Source: Acanthaster planci (lineage: Eukaryota). Taken from it: a DNA stretch of 64,000 nucleotides. The position numbers and the translations under genes were made by a program. Of the stretch, positions 14,778-27,700 are shown one piece after another. The DNA lies in the NCBI RefSeq assembly GCF_001949145.1, contig NW_019091357.1, forward strand, positions 562,671 to 626,670. Direction: 5' to 3'. The first letter of the stretch is position 1; the number at the start of each line of letters is the position of its first letter. The notes under the pieces are model-generated. The model saw only the letters and a program-made list of their open reading frames with translations, did no database searches and was not told the DNA's origin.

Positions 14778-17693
14778 AATCTTTTCTCGTAACATCCTCA
14801 AGCTAACTCTTGATAAACAACTGTAAGTCCTAAATGCTGAGAGCAATTTCATCAGAGCTTATCCTGAATTTTGGCAGAATCTTCAGATTTGAGTCCTGCA
14901 CCAGAGTGGACCCAGAACTAACTTTTGAAGGGGTTGGGCAAAAAAAATGTGGGAATTATTTCACATAACCTTTATGGCCTCTCTGAAGGTGAGACTACAT
15001 TTGGGGGGTTTTCATGCTTTTGGAAGGAATGAAGATGAAATAGACCCCCCTTAAAAAGTCCTTTTATTTTTTATTTATTTGGGGGAGGGGGCATCATCTC
15101 CACTGGCCCCCTCCGGATCCACTCTTGTTTGCAGCACTCATCCAAGCCAACTTAAGGGAGAGACCAGATCTATGCACATTGTGCTCAGAAGTCGGGGTAG
15201 GTCCCAAATTCCAAACCTATAGCTAGTGCCTTACACATGATCAGTGCATCAAGACTAACATAATAATGGGATTGTTCATCTTGCGCAGAAGTTTAATATC
15301 TGTCTTTGTTTTCATGGAATTGATTTCGTGCTTGTCTTGCAATATTCATTTGTCTTTCGCATTCAGTTTCACTCTTTTCTAGAAATCTCAGATTTGTCAT
15401 AAATCTGTGAGTACTGTTACATAAGTCGAATCAAATAAAAGCCATGCCACATCTTTATCATCTCAAGGTTGGATTGAAATCTTAATATCTGTCTAATCTC
15501 ATTTAGAGAAGCTGGGTACGTTTTTGGATTGATTGAGTCCAAAAGAAAGAAAAAAAACTTGCATCTATTGACTTCACTTGTTTGGGGCATGTTTTATTAA
15601 TGACTTGCTATTTGAAATTAGTCTTTTTGGTAAAATGATTTGAAAGTGCTAACATAATTATTGTACAAATTTTATAATTTGTGTGTGGATTCTTTATGTG
15701 GTAGTCTGTCTATAGAAGACCAAATCTGTAAATGAAGCGACGGTAGAATGTGGCTGCTGTGTGGTACATTTGAATTATGTTATAATATTATGTACATAGC
15801 TAACTAAAGAACTAAGCATGCAATATTATTTTTGTGACTTGAAAAAAGACTGTCAAAAGAGGAACGTATCTGTATGAATCGAAACGAAATATTTATGGGG
15901 ATATTGTAAACATTACGACGCGTAGTGTATTGTTATAGTGCTTGTATAGCTTGTACAGCTCTGCGTTCGGTAAATGAAGGTTTTATTGCGAATCGTGAGA
16001 AAAATGTTCTCGGTGTGTTTCGTTCTGGCTTTGGTTTAATTTGTTATTTTGGATTATGAACCAGGGCTCAGAGAGAGCTGTTTAGAAAGGGAAGAATTCT
16101 AACAGGGTTTTTCCCGGGCAAAATGTCATCAGAGAACTGTTGGTAAGCAGCATGAATGATATAGACATCATAACTGCCATGTGTACAGTAGTGCACCCAA
16201 AGGCCACATGCGCATTCTTCAGCTTGACGCGCGCGTGCATTCGGCAAATCACGAAATCCTATTGGTCGAAGTAAAGCCCCAAACACATGTCCACGAGCGC
16301 TGTGCTACCGCAGTTTGGGCCTGTATTTCTGCCGCCGAAGAATACTATAGTTAGATGCCGTCTTCAACGCTAAGCAAGTTCGCTTATTTATTCACCACCG
16401 TAACTATTGCCCACCGTTCGTGTGCTTGTCTTTGATAAAGTCTCTTGAAAGTTGGATGTCGTGGTACTCCAAAATACTTAGAAAAGAAAGTCAAAGGACA
16501 CTGCAGTATGTTGTATTTGGAGGCGACAAGATTAGGTAGGGCCTAATTACGAGACACATAGATTATTGATAGCATTGTGGGAATCCAATCTTAATTAAAC
16601 GTTTCTATGAATTAAGTTATCTTCAGTATAAGGGCAACAAATGTAAGAAAAATTGACAACTTTCAATTCAGTATCAAATAAGATGTTTTCCCGCATTTAA
16701 AGCCGATTCTTTACAGACTTTATTGAATATTTAGGAAAAAAGCCTTTATTTTTAAGGAGATTCAATTTTCCCTTATAGTCATCAGTAATGCATTTCTACA
16801 CCTTAAAGATTGGAAGTCTTGTAGTAAGCATGCGCAGTTATGTCTTGCTTAAGTTCCCCTCCTGTAGATTCACGACATTTATCAATAAAATAAGCCATCT
16901 TTGCAGTTTTGCGTGCACGACCGCTTTCTACGTGTCAAATTATTTTGTTCACGTAAATCCCATGGAGGGATGGGTTATACTAGTATCCCCCACACACTTT
17001 CTGGGGGATGGGCTATTGAACCCCCCCCCCGTTTGTGGTGAGCAAACGAAGAATTGTGAATTTTTCAGACTTCCAATGACTCAAATGCATTCAATATCAC
17101 TCAAAAAGGAGGAAACAATTTTTAAAGGCCATTTGTATGTCATCTGGAATACATTAATAAAGATATACATTAACATCGACCTTTATATCGAGTCATATTG
17201 TGACCTTTTTTCCAGGCCCAGAAGTAAGGATGATCATCATTGAATTAAATAATTATAGCATGAATGACAACCGCCCAATCCCCCGTCGGGAATCAGCCCA
17301 AAATAGTCTCAAGTCTAAGGATGAATTAAAATAACGCTAACGCTGGGAGCGGCGTTAGGACAGCAATGGAAAATTCACATTCAACACTTGTGACTCCCCT
17401 CGACTGAAAAAAGTTATTAAAAAAACGTAATTTTATAGCATAAATGTTCACGATGTAAATACCGTCAAAGCTTCAACTGGTACGACAATTTCTTTCTCTG
17501 TTATATCTCGAATTGATCATACAGGATAGCGAACTGCCCATAAAACGACGAGTGCTGTGAGTGCTCATTAACCAGGGTTTAATTGAACATCTATTCCGTG
17601 TAATTATCTCCAACATAACAGAGCTCCATCACAGACTTCTACTCGTAAACTGTGAAGAGCCCCCTCACACGGGGAGTCTGTGCCACACATGCG

Positions 17694-17733
17694 CCCTCTC
17701 TCTATTTTCTGACTTCGATCGGTGGCAACCATT
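17694..17733 (+). promoter_or_regulatory. RPS12 non-coding first exon starting with a 5'TOP/TCT-type pyrimidine tract
   Basis: CCCTCTCTCTATTTTCT is followed by a GTAAGT donor at 17734. The acceptor TTTTCAG ends at 17851, 20 nt before the ATG. Confidence 0.7.
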
Positions 17734-17871
17734 GTAAGTGTGCTCATAAAAATCAACCTATATCTCTCTTTTTCGAAACCATCGCCATCTAGTACTCAGT
17801 ACTATGATAGATCGAATGACCAAGACTATGTTTGTTATTTTATTTTTTCAGCGAGGACGTCCGCTGAAACC

Positions 17872-20706
17872 ATGTCTGACGCGGAAGGGTAAGTCTTCAT
17901 GTGCGAATGGTTTTCGTACATGGTGTGCATACACATGTACAATAAAATGTGTAGGACGGATGCACACTAGCATGGTTGGATATTGTGTGCGTATTTAAAA
18001 GATTGTAGAGGGGCATCACGGGAAAGTTGGAGGAATTACAGAATACCCCACCACATGAAAATACACCCCTAAGAATTACTGGCTACAATATGGAATCAAG
18101 TTTGATGAAAAGTAAATTACCAAATCCCCTGACCCTGTCTACCTGTGTGTTGGCAGTATCGCGGCTATAAAGCGGAAGTCCTTTTTTTGAGAATGATGCA
18201 ACATGAAAGGAACAGAGATCGTTGAAAAAAGTTTAATTCCAAATTGACCCAGGGTTGGCAGCTAGTAAGCATGGTAAGCGAGGGTACATTTGATTGGGGG
18301 AGATTGACCTCTTGTTATTCAGCACAGACCTTGGTTCTGACGTGAGTTGATTATAGGCCAGTGCTTCGAACTGCGCAAGTACATACAGTCATGGCTATTG
18401 TTATATGTACCCTAAGTGTGGGTACATGCACATCGACCAGAAGCAGAATTTGATCGATGGTTACCAAGCGAAAAACTTGCATCTCAATAAGGTTGATGGT
18501 ACATCATCATATCATGAGTAATTGGATTTAAGATCTGTCTCGTTTAAAATGTGCAGTGCCATATTTCCTTGACTGGTAAAATACTCCCTCTTTTTCCCTA
18601 CCCTCTATCCATGCACTGTGCTTTTCCATTTGCATGACCTCCATTAAGGCCATTAATTGGGCTTTATTGTCTTGTGTTGACTGAATTTTATTACAAAATA
18701 TTCTAAAATCCGTGACTTCCCATGGACTTGGAGAAAACCCACCCACAATCCATATGGCCTTGTTTTAATATGAGTTAAACATTCTTTATTGACATTCAGA
18801 GATGGACCAACCGCCGCCTCAGCCGCTGCTGCTGGCAGTGGTCCTATGGACGTGATCACAGCCCTTCAAGAAGTCCTGAAGACTGCCCTCATCCATGATG
18901 GCCTCGCGAGAGGTCTGCATGAGGCTACCAAGGCATTGGACAAGTAACACATTCCAATTCATACTTACGCACACTACTGTAATGGTCTGTGGGCATTCAA
19001 ATTTAATTGAATTTTGAAATTTAACGAAAAGCAGGATGGAAGCATTCTTAAAAATTTGCAGAACCAAATGATTGATGAAGTTTTATCTCATGGAATTGTG
19101 GGGATAAAAAGGGGAAATTTAATAACAAAATTCTTTCAATTTTATCGTCTGTCTTTGCTACCTGGATATTTGTTTCCTGATTGCTTCTTGATACCTTAAA
19201 TTCTAACCCATGATGACAAACTTATTAAGCTCCTTCTTCTGACTGTTAAAGATGAAGAAATGCCCAACAAGAACCCAAGTATGTTTGTCTGAGGTTGAAT
19301 TCTAGTTGTCCAGAATGTCAAAAATGATCAGTCTATAATTTTTGCTTCATCGGAATTAAATCAGGTAACAGCAAATTATCAAAAGAGCTGATTTCTGAGA
19401 ACAGCATACTTATACTGAACTTGGTGAAGCTTGACAGGGTTTTATCTTGGTTCTTCAGGGGTAACAATTGATGAATGTACAACTCAGCCAATCTTGACCA
19501 CCTATTAAAGGTACAGCATTTAAACTGTATGTTTGTTTTCCGTCACCTCTTTGCTTGATAGACGTGAAGCCCATCTGTGCGTCCTGGCCAACAACTGTGA
19601 TGAAGCTATGTACAAGAAGCTAGTTGAAGCTCTCTGTGCTGAACACTCCATCAACCTCTTCAAGGTAAGGTAGAGCCGAGAGGGCTTTAGAAATGAAAGT
19701 CTCTCATATCTCATCGGGCTGATGTTTATTTTCAGTTTCCTCAACACAGACTGCCGAAAATATGTTCATTTCCCCAGGATGGGATATTTCATTACAGGTC
19801 AGCCAAGCAAATACCAAGACCCATTTGTAGTCCAGAGTGGAGTGACACGATTCCCCGGAAGTCGGCACAGGGATGAGAACCCATGCTCCTCCCAACTGCA
19901 GAACACAAAAACCACATGGTTATGCCTCATGTCAGTTTAAGACACATGAATTTTATGCTGCAAGAGCCACTGTCAATTCGTAGGTCTACTAGGATTTTGT
20001 TTTCTTTTTTGGAGAAATATCGGCGGTAGAGATTTCGTAAATATTGATGACATTTTTGGATGTATGTGTAAATGTTCAGGTTGACGACAACAAGAAGCTT
20101 GGCGAGTGGGCTGGTCTCTGTAAGATTGACAGAGAAGGCAAGGCCAGGAAAGTGGTTGCGTGCAGCTGTGTTGTCGTCAAGGTATGCTGACCACAAGCAT
20201 TAAGATCCTAAGAACATTTGCTGATAGACAGAAATATCACAGTTCAATTGGTGTTACTTTACTCTTTGATTTCACATGCGTCAGAGTGAGCCTTTAAATT
20301 GAACAAAATATACACATAACATGGGACATCCTTGATTTGAAGAACATAAACACAAAGCTCCCTTCTGGGAGAGACTTTATCCTGCCAGGGCCCATTTGCC
20401 AGTATCCTATGATGACAAACCTATTAAGCTCCTTCTTCTGACCGGAGACGGTTGAAGAAAACCCAAACAAGAACCCAAATGTTTTGTCTGAGGATCATGC
20501 CAGAGGGATGCAAATCACTTGTCGATTGGGTGCAAGGGGGAGGGGTGCTTCACTTAAGATACATGTCGTAGAAATTATGTTTCAAATCTGTTTGTTCTCA
20601 CATAGGTTATAAAACTGAATTTTTTGTCCTCACAATTTTGTTGCAGGGTTACGGCAAGGAATCTGCAGCTGTTGATGTCTTGAATGACTACTTCAAGGGT
20701 CGCTAA
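17872..20706 (+). CDS. RPS12: 40S ribosomal protein S12 (eS12), 141 aa, 5 coding exons
   Basis: Exons 17872-17888, 18800-18943, 19562-19664, 20080-20181 and 20647-20706 encode [61 protein letters not shown]...[40 protein letters not shown] at 20803. Confidence 0.98.
19205..19296 (+). ncRNA. Intronic box C/D snoRNA, copy 1 (SNORD100-like candidate)
   Basis: C box ATGATGA 19210-19216, D' CTGA 19239-19242, C' ATGAAGA 19252-19258, D CTGA 19289-19292, terminal stem AACC/GGTT. Lies in an RPS12 intron and has a paralog at 20404. Confidence 0.85.
20242..20310 (+). ncRNA. Candidate H/ACA snoRNA hairpin in RPS12 last intron
   Basis: Lower stem GTTCAATT/AATTGAAC, internal loop, upper stem TTACTC-TTGA/TCA-GAGTGA, then AAAATA (ANANNA) about 14 nt from the pocket. 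The partner hairpin was not resolved. Confidence 0.3.
20404..20495 (+). ncRNA. Intronic box C/D snoRNA, copy 2 (paralog of 19205-19296)
   Basis: C box ATGATGA 20409-20415, D' CTGA 20438-20441, C' TTGAAGA 20452-20458, D CTGA 20488-20491, terminal stem ATCC/GGAT. Shares TATTAAGCTCCTTCTTCTGA and AACAAGAACCCAA with copy 1. Confidence 0.85.
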
Positions 20707-21718
20707 TAAGCAATGCCTCGAACAGCAATGACACCTACCCCATTTCAGACGATCAAGTATCTTGGGAAAAAAATGTATACATGTACCCCTGAAACTTTCA
20801 ACAATAAACTGGAAAAATAATTCTGTCATTGTATGTCACCTACGTTCACGTCCACGGGAAGAATAAAAAGTATAAATTGTAGATATGCTGTGTGTACTGT
20901 GTTTATTGACTTTAATGTTCTTACACAAACCTACAAAATAACGTGAGACTGAAAATGTATCTGTTCATAGTTTTTGGTTACCTCAGTCTACCTCTCTGGC
21001 GTGCAATTGTTAGTCTCTGGAACCAGCGCCAGCATGACCGAAAAATAAAGCTCTTGGAATTTTATATGAAATTGACGGCATGAAATACATAAACTTATAA
21101 TCATAATAGGATAGAGCCTTGAATCTTACATGTTCGCAATGCATGCTTTGTACTACGAAGGCGTGCTTAATGAAGGGGGCTTACTCTGTCTTGGTCGCAT
21201 CGATTTGCCGTTACATTGACCCTAAAACGAATTACATGTACTAGGCCAGGCACAAATGGGACAGTTATGTAACAATGGCCAACACAAAGGCGGAGGGGGG
21301 GTTTCTCTCTGTCCCATAGTTTCCTTCATATGCAATGTACTAGGCCACCTGGTCAAGGGAAATGACCACATCGATCTGGACCCCCAGCCCATACTTTGTG
21401 AAGCGAGCATATCACTACTGCTATGTGTTACGCCTACAATGTACAACTAAGAATTCGGGTGCACAGAGTAGCATCAGAGATCGAAAGTCTGAAACCTTTT
21501 TTGAAATAATACAAAAGAATGTGTCAATTTAAATCGAGTGAGCTCTCAAAATTTCAAAATATACCGGGATTACAACATGATGTTGAATTTGGCCGAACTC
21601 AAGCCTTGAGTTCAAGTTACACGTTACACATGTACATGACCATTTAAACCTGCAAACTGTTAAAAAGTTTTCATTACCCGAGACTGTTGAGATCTAAAGT
21701 CGTTCCTTGAAATGTCAC

Positions 21719-24700
21719 CTACGATGTAGTAGCGCCCTCCATTGCCTCTTTCTCCATGGCCTCTAGTTCCTCAAATGACAAATTAAGCTCGTCCTCAAAC
21801 TGATCCTGAACAGACGAAGAAGTCTGCGTGGACGGGTCCAAGGTCGCCTGATGAGAGGACACCCTGGGGCTCTGAGCGGCTTGGCTCTGAGGACGAGACG
21901 AAGTGTACCTGCCTGATCCTGCAAAAAGACCAGGATGAGATTCTTGATATTAATTATCGCAGTATTAATCACTGGGTATTGATTATCGCGTTATTAATCA
22001 CTGGGTATTGATTATCGCATTATTAATCACTGGGAATTGATTATTGCATTATTAATCACTGGGTATTGATTATCGCTTTTATCGTACCAGGGCAACGGGC
22101 TGAGAAAATTGAACAGAGATGGGAAGTATGAAACCGTAAACGATAGAAGTCTGAATGCCTCACTCCAAACTGAAACCCGACGTTTCTACGTGTTCTTGTC
22201 GCCAAAAATGATGTTTACACTAGTCGCCAAGACAACTTTAACCGGGTGACATGACTTTCCCAAGTCTATCAACTAGATTACACTGGGTTAGGTGGTCAGG
22301 GATATGTTAGGGTAAAAAGAAGTTAACTCGAGGGCTTTTTGCATCTTAGAAAAACTTTTTTTCTGTTGATAGTTGGTATTCTTGAGCTAAAACTGGTGTG
22401 AGCGGGCAAACTGGATCACACCGAAAACCCCCATAGCAGGACTGTTTTTACTGTCACGTAAGGAATTACCGCTTAATTCGGAAGAGATATCTGCCACACT
22501 AAAAGACACCAAAAAATAACTAGGTCCGGCTGCAGCACTTTCATCCGACCACGGAGCGAAATCATGCTTGGATGGTATCAAAGGTGAGGCTTAAGTACCT
22601 ATGAGTCATAATCTTCATGGTCTGAATACGCAAAACAAAACTCGAACGCGTATTTCCGTCCCACCTGTCCAACTCACGTCACCGGGCAATAATTAATAAC
22701 TTCTCTTATCCCCAGAAAAAAAAACCCTGTAAGATATGATGCATTTCCCAAGGGAAAAATTTAAAGATTACAAAAACTCTGATCTGAATTTGAGTATAAA
22801 AAAAACGAAGGAGTCGGGAACCGGAATGTCGGGTGTAATTAATTTTGTATGGTTGATAGACAGCCAAGGCGTGTGACGTCATGGCGCGCATGCACCGCAT
22901 ACACTACTATACTGTGCTTGCTCGGTCAACCGGAAGTAATTGTGGGGCTCCGGGTCACGCGCATTCTACGAAAGGTTGCGGTACGTACAATATAATTCCA
23001 TTGCTGAACAATGTCGAAGAGGCGGCAAAGCAGGGTTAGTGCAATCAAACCAGGAAGCCCTGACTTCCAAATTTGACTGAACTTTCGGTAAGTTCCTCAA
23101 TATTTATGTTTAATATTTATGTTATAACGTTGTAGGCAAACTTTACACTTTGTGCTGTTATTACGGAGTTCGTACTTCCTTATGTCCTGACAGTCCGAAT
23201 AATAACGGTTACTCGTCATGTCCGTTAACACGGTTAAGCGTGTATTGCGTGTTGTTATCGTCCATCCAGCTGAGCACCGTGAAATTACAGGCTGGGCTAC
23301 GGAGCAGTGTGTCTACATTTTCTAAACTTCCCAAATGCAGCCTTTTCCCTGTCGGGAAGTGATGCAGTTCACGATTTGTTGGCCAAGAAAACAGTTCGGT
23401 TTCATGACCTGATCATCGGTCTCGCGGTTTTTTTTTATCATGATTAGCAATGGCAGTTCGCAAAGATGGCTGGTCGAAAAGGAACATTTTTTAAACCTAC
23501 ATAAGTACAAACGAGTCACAGCTATGTGTAAATACCTAGACTGCAGAGCTTCATTTGTTGATATTTTTTTCACTTTTTGTAGTCTGTAGTTTTATTTAGC
23601 ACATTGAAGATATTGGAAATTCTGTCCACAGATTTCAAATTCTCTGAGCTGGAAATGAATACGTATGTTTTCATTCCTCTCCTATGACCCATGGGGATAA
23701 CAGGATAACAGGTCATTTATACTAGGCTTTATTTTGATGAAATAAACAAAACTGAAAAACGGCTTAGTTTAAAGGTTTTCTTTAAAACACCCACACATTA
23801 CCAGAAAATTAGTTGCACAATAATGCAAAAGAGTGCCCAAAATTTGAACTTTGAAGATCTGAACTTTGTACAGGAGAAATGTATACATATCATGTTACGT
23901 TTTACAAATTATTACTTGTGTTTAATTATATAATCCTGTAATTGGAGAATAAAATTCTGCATTGAAAGTGAAACATACTTCAGTCATAAGTTTCGTACAT
24001 TTAAACATTCAATTTTCCCAAATCTTAAAATGTTAAATTTGAGCACATTTAGTTATTTACAATTTCAGGATTTCTCAAAATTCATTATAACAATTTCATT
24101 TAATTTCAGGTGATCCATAAGTAGGAGCTGCAGTTTGAAGTAGCATCCTCTATCAACATGGCTGAAGAACTGCAGAGAATACTAGAATGTCCAATGTGTT
24201 TGGAGCTGTTTGACTCCTCCGAAAGATGGCCCAAACTGATGCCATGCCAACACACTTTTTGCCGAGTGTGTCTGGTGCAGTTGGACAAGCAGGGCATGAT
24301 AACCTGTCCACAGTGCCGTCATCAATGTAAAAGTCCACCTGGTGGTGCTTACCAATTGCCAAATAACTTCACCATGCTCGCCTTGCTAGATGTCCACAAG
24401 AAGTCTGCTCCCTCCACAAAGTCTAACCTTACATCTTCTTCAGAACCTGCCCAGGAAAAAGCTGCAGATGAAAGTGTCCAGAAGGCAATTGCAGAACTGG
24501 CACAAAAACTGCAGCAGAAGGCCGGCGACCTGGCGGGCATTGACACAAAGCGAAAGAAAGTTGAGGAGAAATTTCTCGCTGTAAAGGGCCAAGTAGATGC
24601 TGCATTTGAATCTCGTGCCCGTGACTTACAGATCCGTAAAGAGGCTGTCATCAAGCAGTTGGCTGCGATGAGGAAGGAGGAGTTGAATCTGATGGATACA

Positions 24701-27700
24701 CAGAAGGCCAGCGCCTATCAGTACATCCAAAAGTTCCAGAAGGACTTTGCTGTTATGCGCGAATCCATCCTAACAAGTCAGCAGCCAACCCAAGACCAGT
24801 ACAACCAACTCCTGACCATGTGTCACCACTACACCCAACAAATTGATCAGTATGCTCTCTCAATCGATGAAAACTTGCACGAGGTTTCATTCACGGATCC
24901 AAACAGAACCCAACTTGCTGTGAGCATCAACTCCTATGGCATCTTGCAAGCCACCAGCATAGACAAGAATCGTAGTAAGCCCAGCAATGCAATCATACTC
25001 CAGCTTCAGAGCCCACCATCTAGCACTGCAACAACTGTCACTGGGAGCACATCACCAGGAACACCTGACGGTTCTGCAACACCAACCAATTCAGCCACAC
25101 CTTCAGTTTTTACAAGGAATAGTTCTGCACCTGAAATTTCTTTGGTCAGTCTGAACAGATCTCTTCCTCATGTGGCAAGCTCGCCTGATGTGCATCAACA
25201 GGACGGAAGCCCCTCGGTCTCCAGATCTTCCTCTAGGTCTGCTTCCCCTCAACTTGCAAGCAGGAATCGTTCTCAGACTGTTCCTAACATGAATCCCATT
25301 GCAGAGGCTCAGAATCCTAGTGTAAACTCATCATCCACTGCAGGCACTCCTGTCGGCAAGGACAGCACTGGTAGTGTTTTTGTTCTCAGTGGAAATCCAT
25401 CATCAGTTGGAAGCCCTGAAGGCACTGCTAGAGAACGATCAGAGAGCAGTCCGGCTACAAACAGACAGACAGAAGCATCACATACCAGAAATCCATTCTC
25501 ACTAGCAGGGGAGTCAGTATCAAACGAAGGTAGCCTAAATACGCCCCCAAACCCTCCAGAAAGTACCACCCCTGCAAGAAGGATATCTGCACCTAGTCAG
25601 ATTCTGAGCAGCTCTGTGCCTGTGTCTCGAAGACCTGCTGCTGGTGATGCTGCCCGTCCCTCCCTGACAAAGCATGCATCCTTTGACCAATCAACACCAA
25701 ATAGGGCCAAACCAGCAATACCAGCCAGACCAAAACTGAACAGTTCTACGAGGCATGGCTCCATAGATTTCAGCCAAGGCCATACAACTGCATCTGGAGA
25801 TTTAAGTAGATCTCTGACTCCAATCAGAGAAAAGAACATGGGACAGAACAGGCCAGTTTCTCTGAGCACTGCCTCGAACAGTTCCCAACAATCAGGAACT
25901 GCTACGTCTCCTGAAGGACCCATTCCTCCACTGCCACCTCGGAGAATCAAAACCACCCAACCCAATCGTCCACGCAGCATGAGTGCAGATTCCAGTTCCA
26001 GTTTGGGTGGAAAGAGCACTTGGGTAAGGTTTGACACAATTGGATCGAGATCTCGCAGATTTGGCAAAAATGGGGCCAAAGAAATAGCAGTTATTGGTAG
26101 TGGTTGGTTTGGAGGGTCATTTTTTGAAAGGCCCACAGGAGTAGCTGTCCTTCCTCATAATCTCATGGCTATTGTGGATGAGAGGCACCACTGCATCACC
26201 ATGGTAACAGAGGCTGGTCAATTAGTAAAGAGTCTTGGGAGTCAAGGCAACGGGCAGGGCCAGTTCCAGTTTCCTAAATCCATTTGTCTCAACAGGAGAC
26301 AGCAGATGATTGTCTCCGACTGGTGGAATCACCGCATCCAAATCTGGGACATGAATGGAATGTTCATTTCTCAGTTTGGGACAAGAGGATTGCAAGCTTC
26401 ACAGTTAAATGGTCCCTTGGGTGTGGCTTGTGATGCATCAGACAACATCTTTGTTTGCGACACCAACAACCACTGCGTGAAGGTCTTCTCACCTGAAGGC
26501 AAGTACCTACGGCAGATTGGTAAGGAAGGTCAAGGAGAGGGGAACTTCATTTGTCCATCTCATCTTGTAGTGTCCCCAGGAGGAGAGCTTCTTATCACAG
26601 ACTCAGGCAAACACTGTGTTCAGATGTTCAGCAATCATGGAACCTTCCTCTATCAATTTGGAGATTGGGGAACAGGTCCGGGTCAGTTAAACTGTCCATC
26701 AGGCATCATGATCGACCCTACTGGGTACCTCTTTGTCTCCAGCAGCGGAAATCACCGTATTGAAGTGTACAATCCCTCTGGATCATTTGCGGTAAGTCTA
26801 GGCACGCATGGGATGGAGGAAGGTCAGTTTGATGAGCCAATTGGTGTTGCATCTACCAGCGAGGGACAGGTAGTGGTTTGTGACTCAGGAAACAAGAGAG
26901 TACAGATCATGTGGCCTTGAATCTTGGTCAATATCCTCGTAAAATACATTTACCATGGAGTTCATTTTTCGGGGAGTCAAGTTCAGAAAACATTCATTCA
27001 AAAATGTAAAATACATGTAATGTGGGGCACAGGAAAAAAGTTGTTAGAAATTCAAACTTGTAGTGCACTGCTTTTTAAGTATACGCCTTCATACTGTGCA
27101 TGAACTTCTTATTACTAGAGTTTTGGATAATACACAAACTTACAAAACCTTTTCCAGAAACGTACACTAAATGAATACTGATTTAACATGTTTAATCCAC
27201 GCACAACAATCAAGTACCTGTACATTGGTATCAAACTCGGGTTAAATTATACCCCCCCCCTTAAAAATACAGGTATCTAAATGTGATTGTAATTAGAGGA
27301 ATCATAGAAAGACTTCTACGCATTTTACACAACAGTTATTGCTATCTTGCTGTTTTCTGACTATTATCGTTATATAAAAGTAAAATTGAGTACCTGGATT
27401 CAATTATAAATGCGTCATATGTACAAAAAAGTGAAGAGTGCACTTCGTACACCGTACATTTTTACAGTACGTGTAAGTGTGCGTGAACCTGCATGTTTCT
27501 TGTTCTGTGATTTTTCCTGGTAAATGTCTATGTATGCATTTTAATATTTAATGGCTTCTTGGTGAACCTTTTAATCACAGATGGTACCAGTACATTCAGC
27601 CGGACACATCTATTCCCAACCTTGATATTTTGTAAACATTGCATGGACCGTTAGTCTAGCACATTTAAAGTTTTTTGGCATGAAAACAAACTGCATGAAA

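Noticed and set aside
18191..18340. Possible C/D snoRNA in RPS12 intron (ATGATGC...CTGA)
   Set aside because: Imperfect C box, ~150-nt span, no clear terminal stem and no paralog.
21840..21910. CTGATGAG at 21848 as a hammerhead core
   Set aside because: The downstream motif is CGAAG rather than GAAA and there are no convincing helices. The sequence is explained as the antisense of the PRIM2 terminal exon.
21948..22078. 29-bp repeats as a CRISPR array
   Set aside because: Units are directly abutting with no unique spacers, there are no cas genes, and the context is eukaryotic.
24349..26136. Antisense ORFs (101, 86 and 179 aa) inside the RING-NHL CDS, and similar ORFs over OSER1
   Set aside because: Shadow frames of real coding sequence with no recognisable domains.
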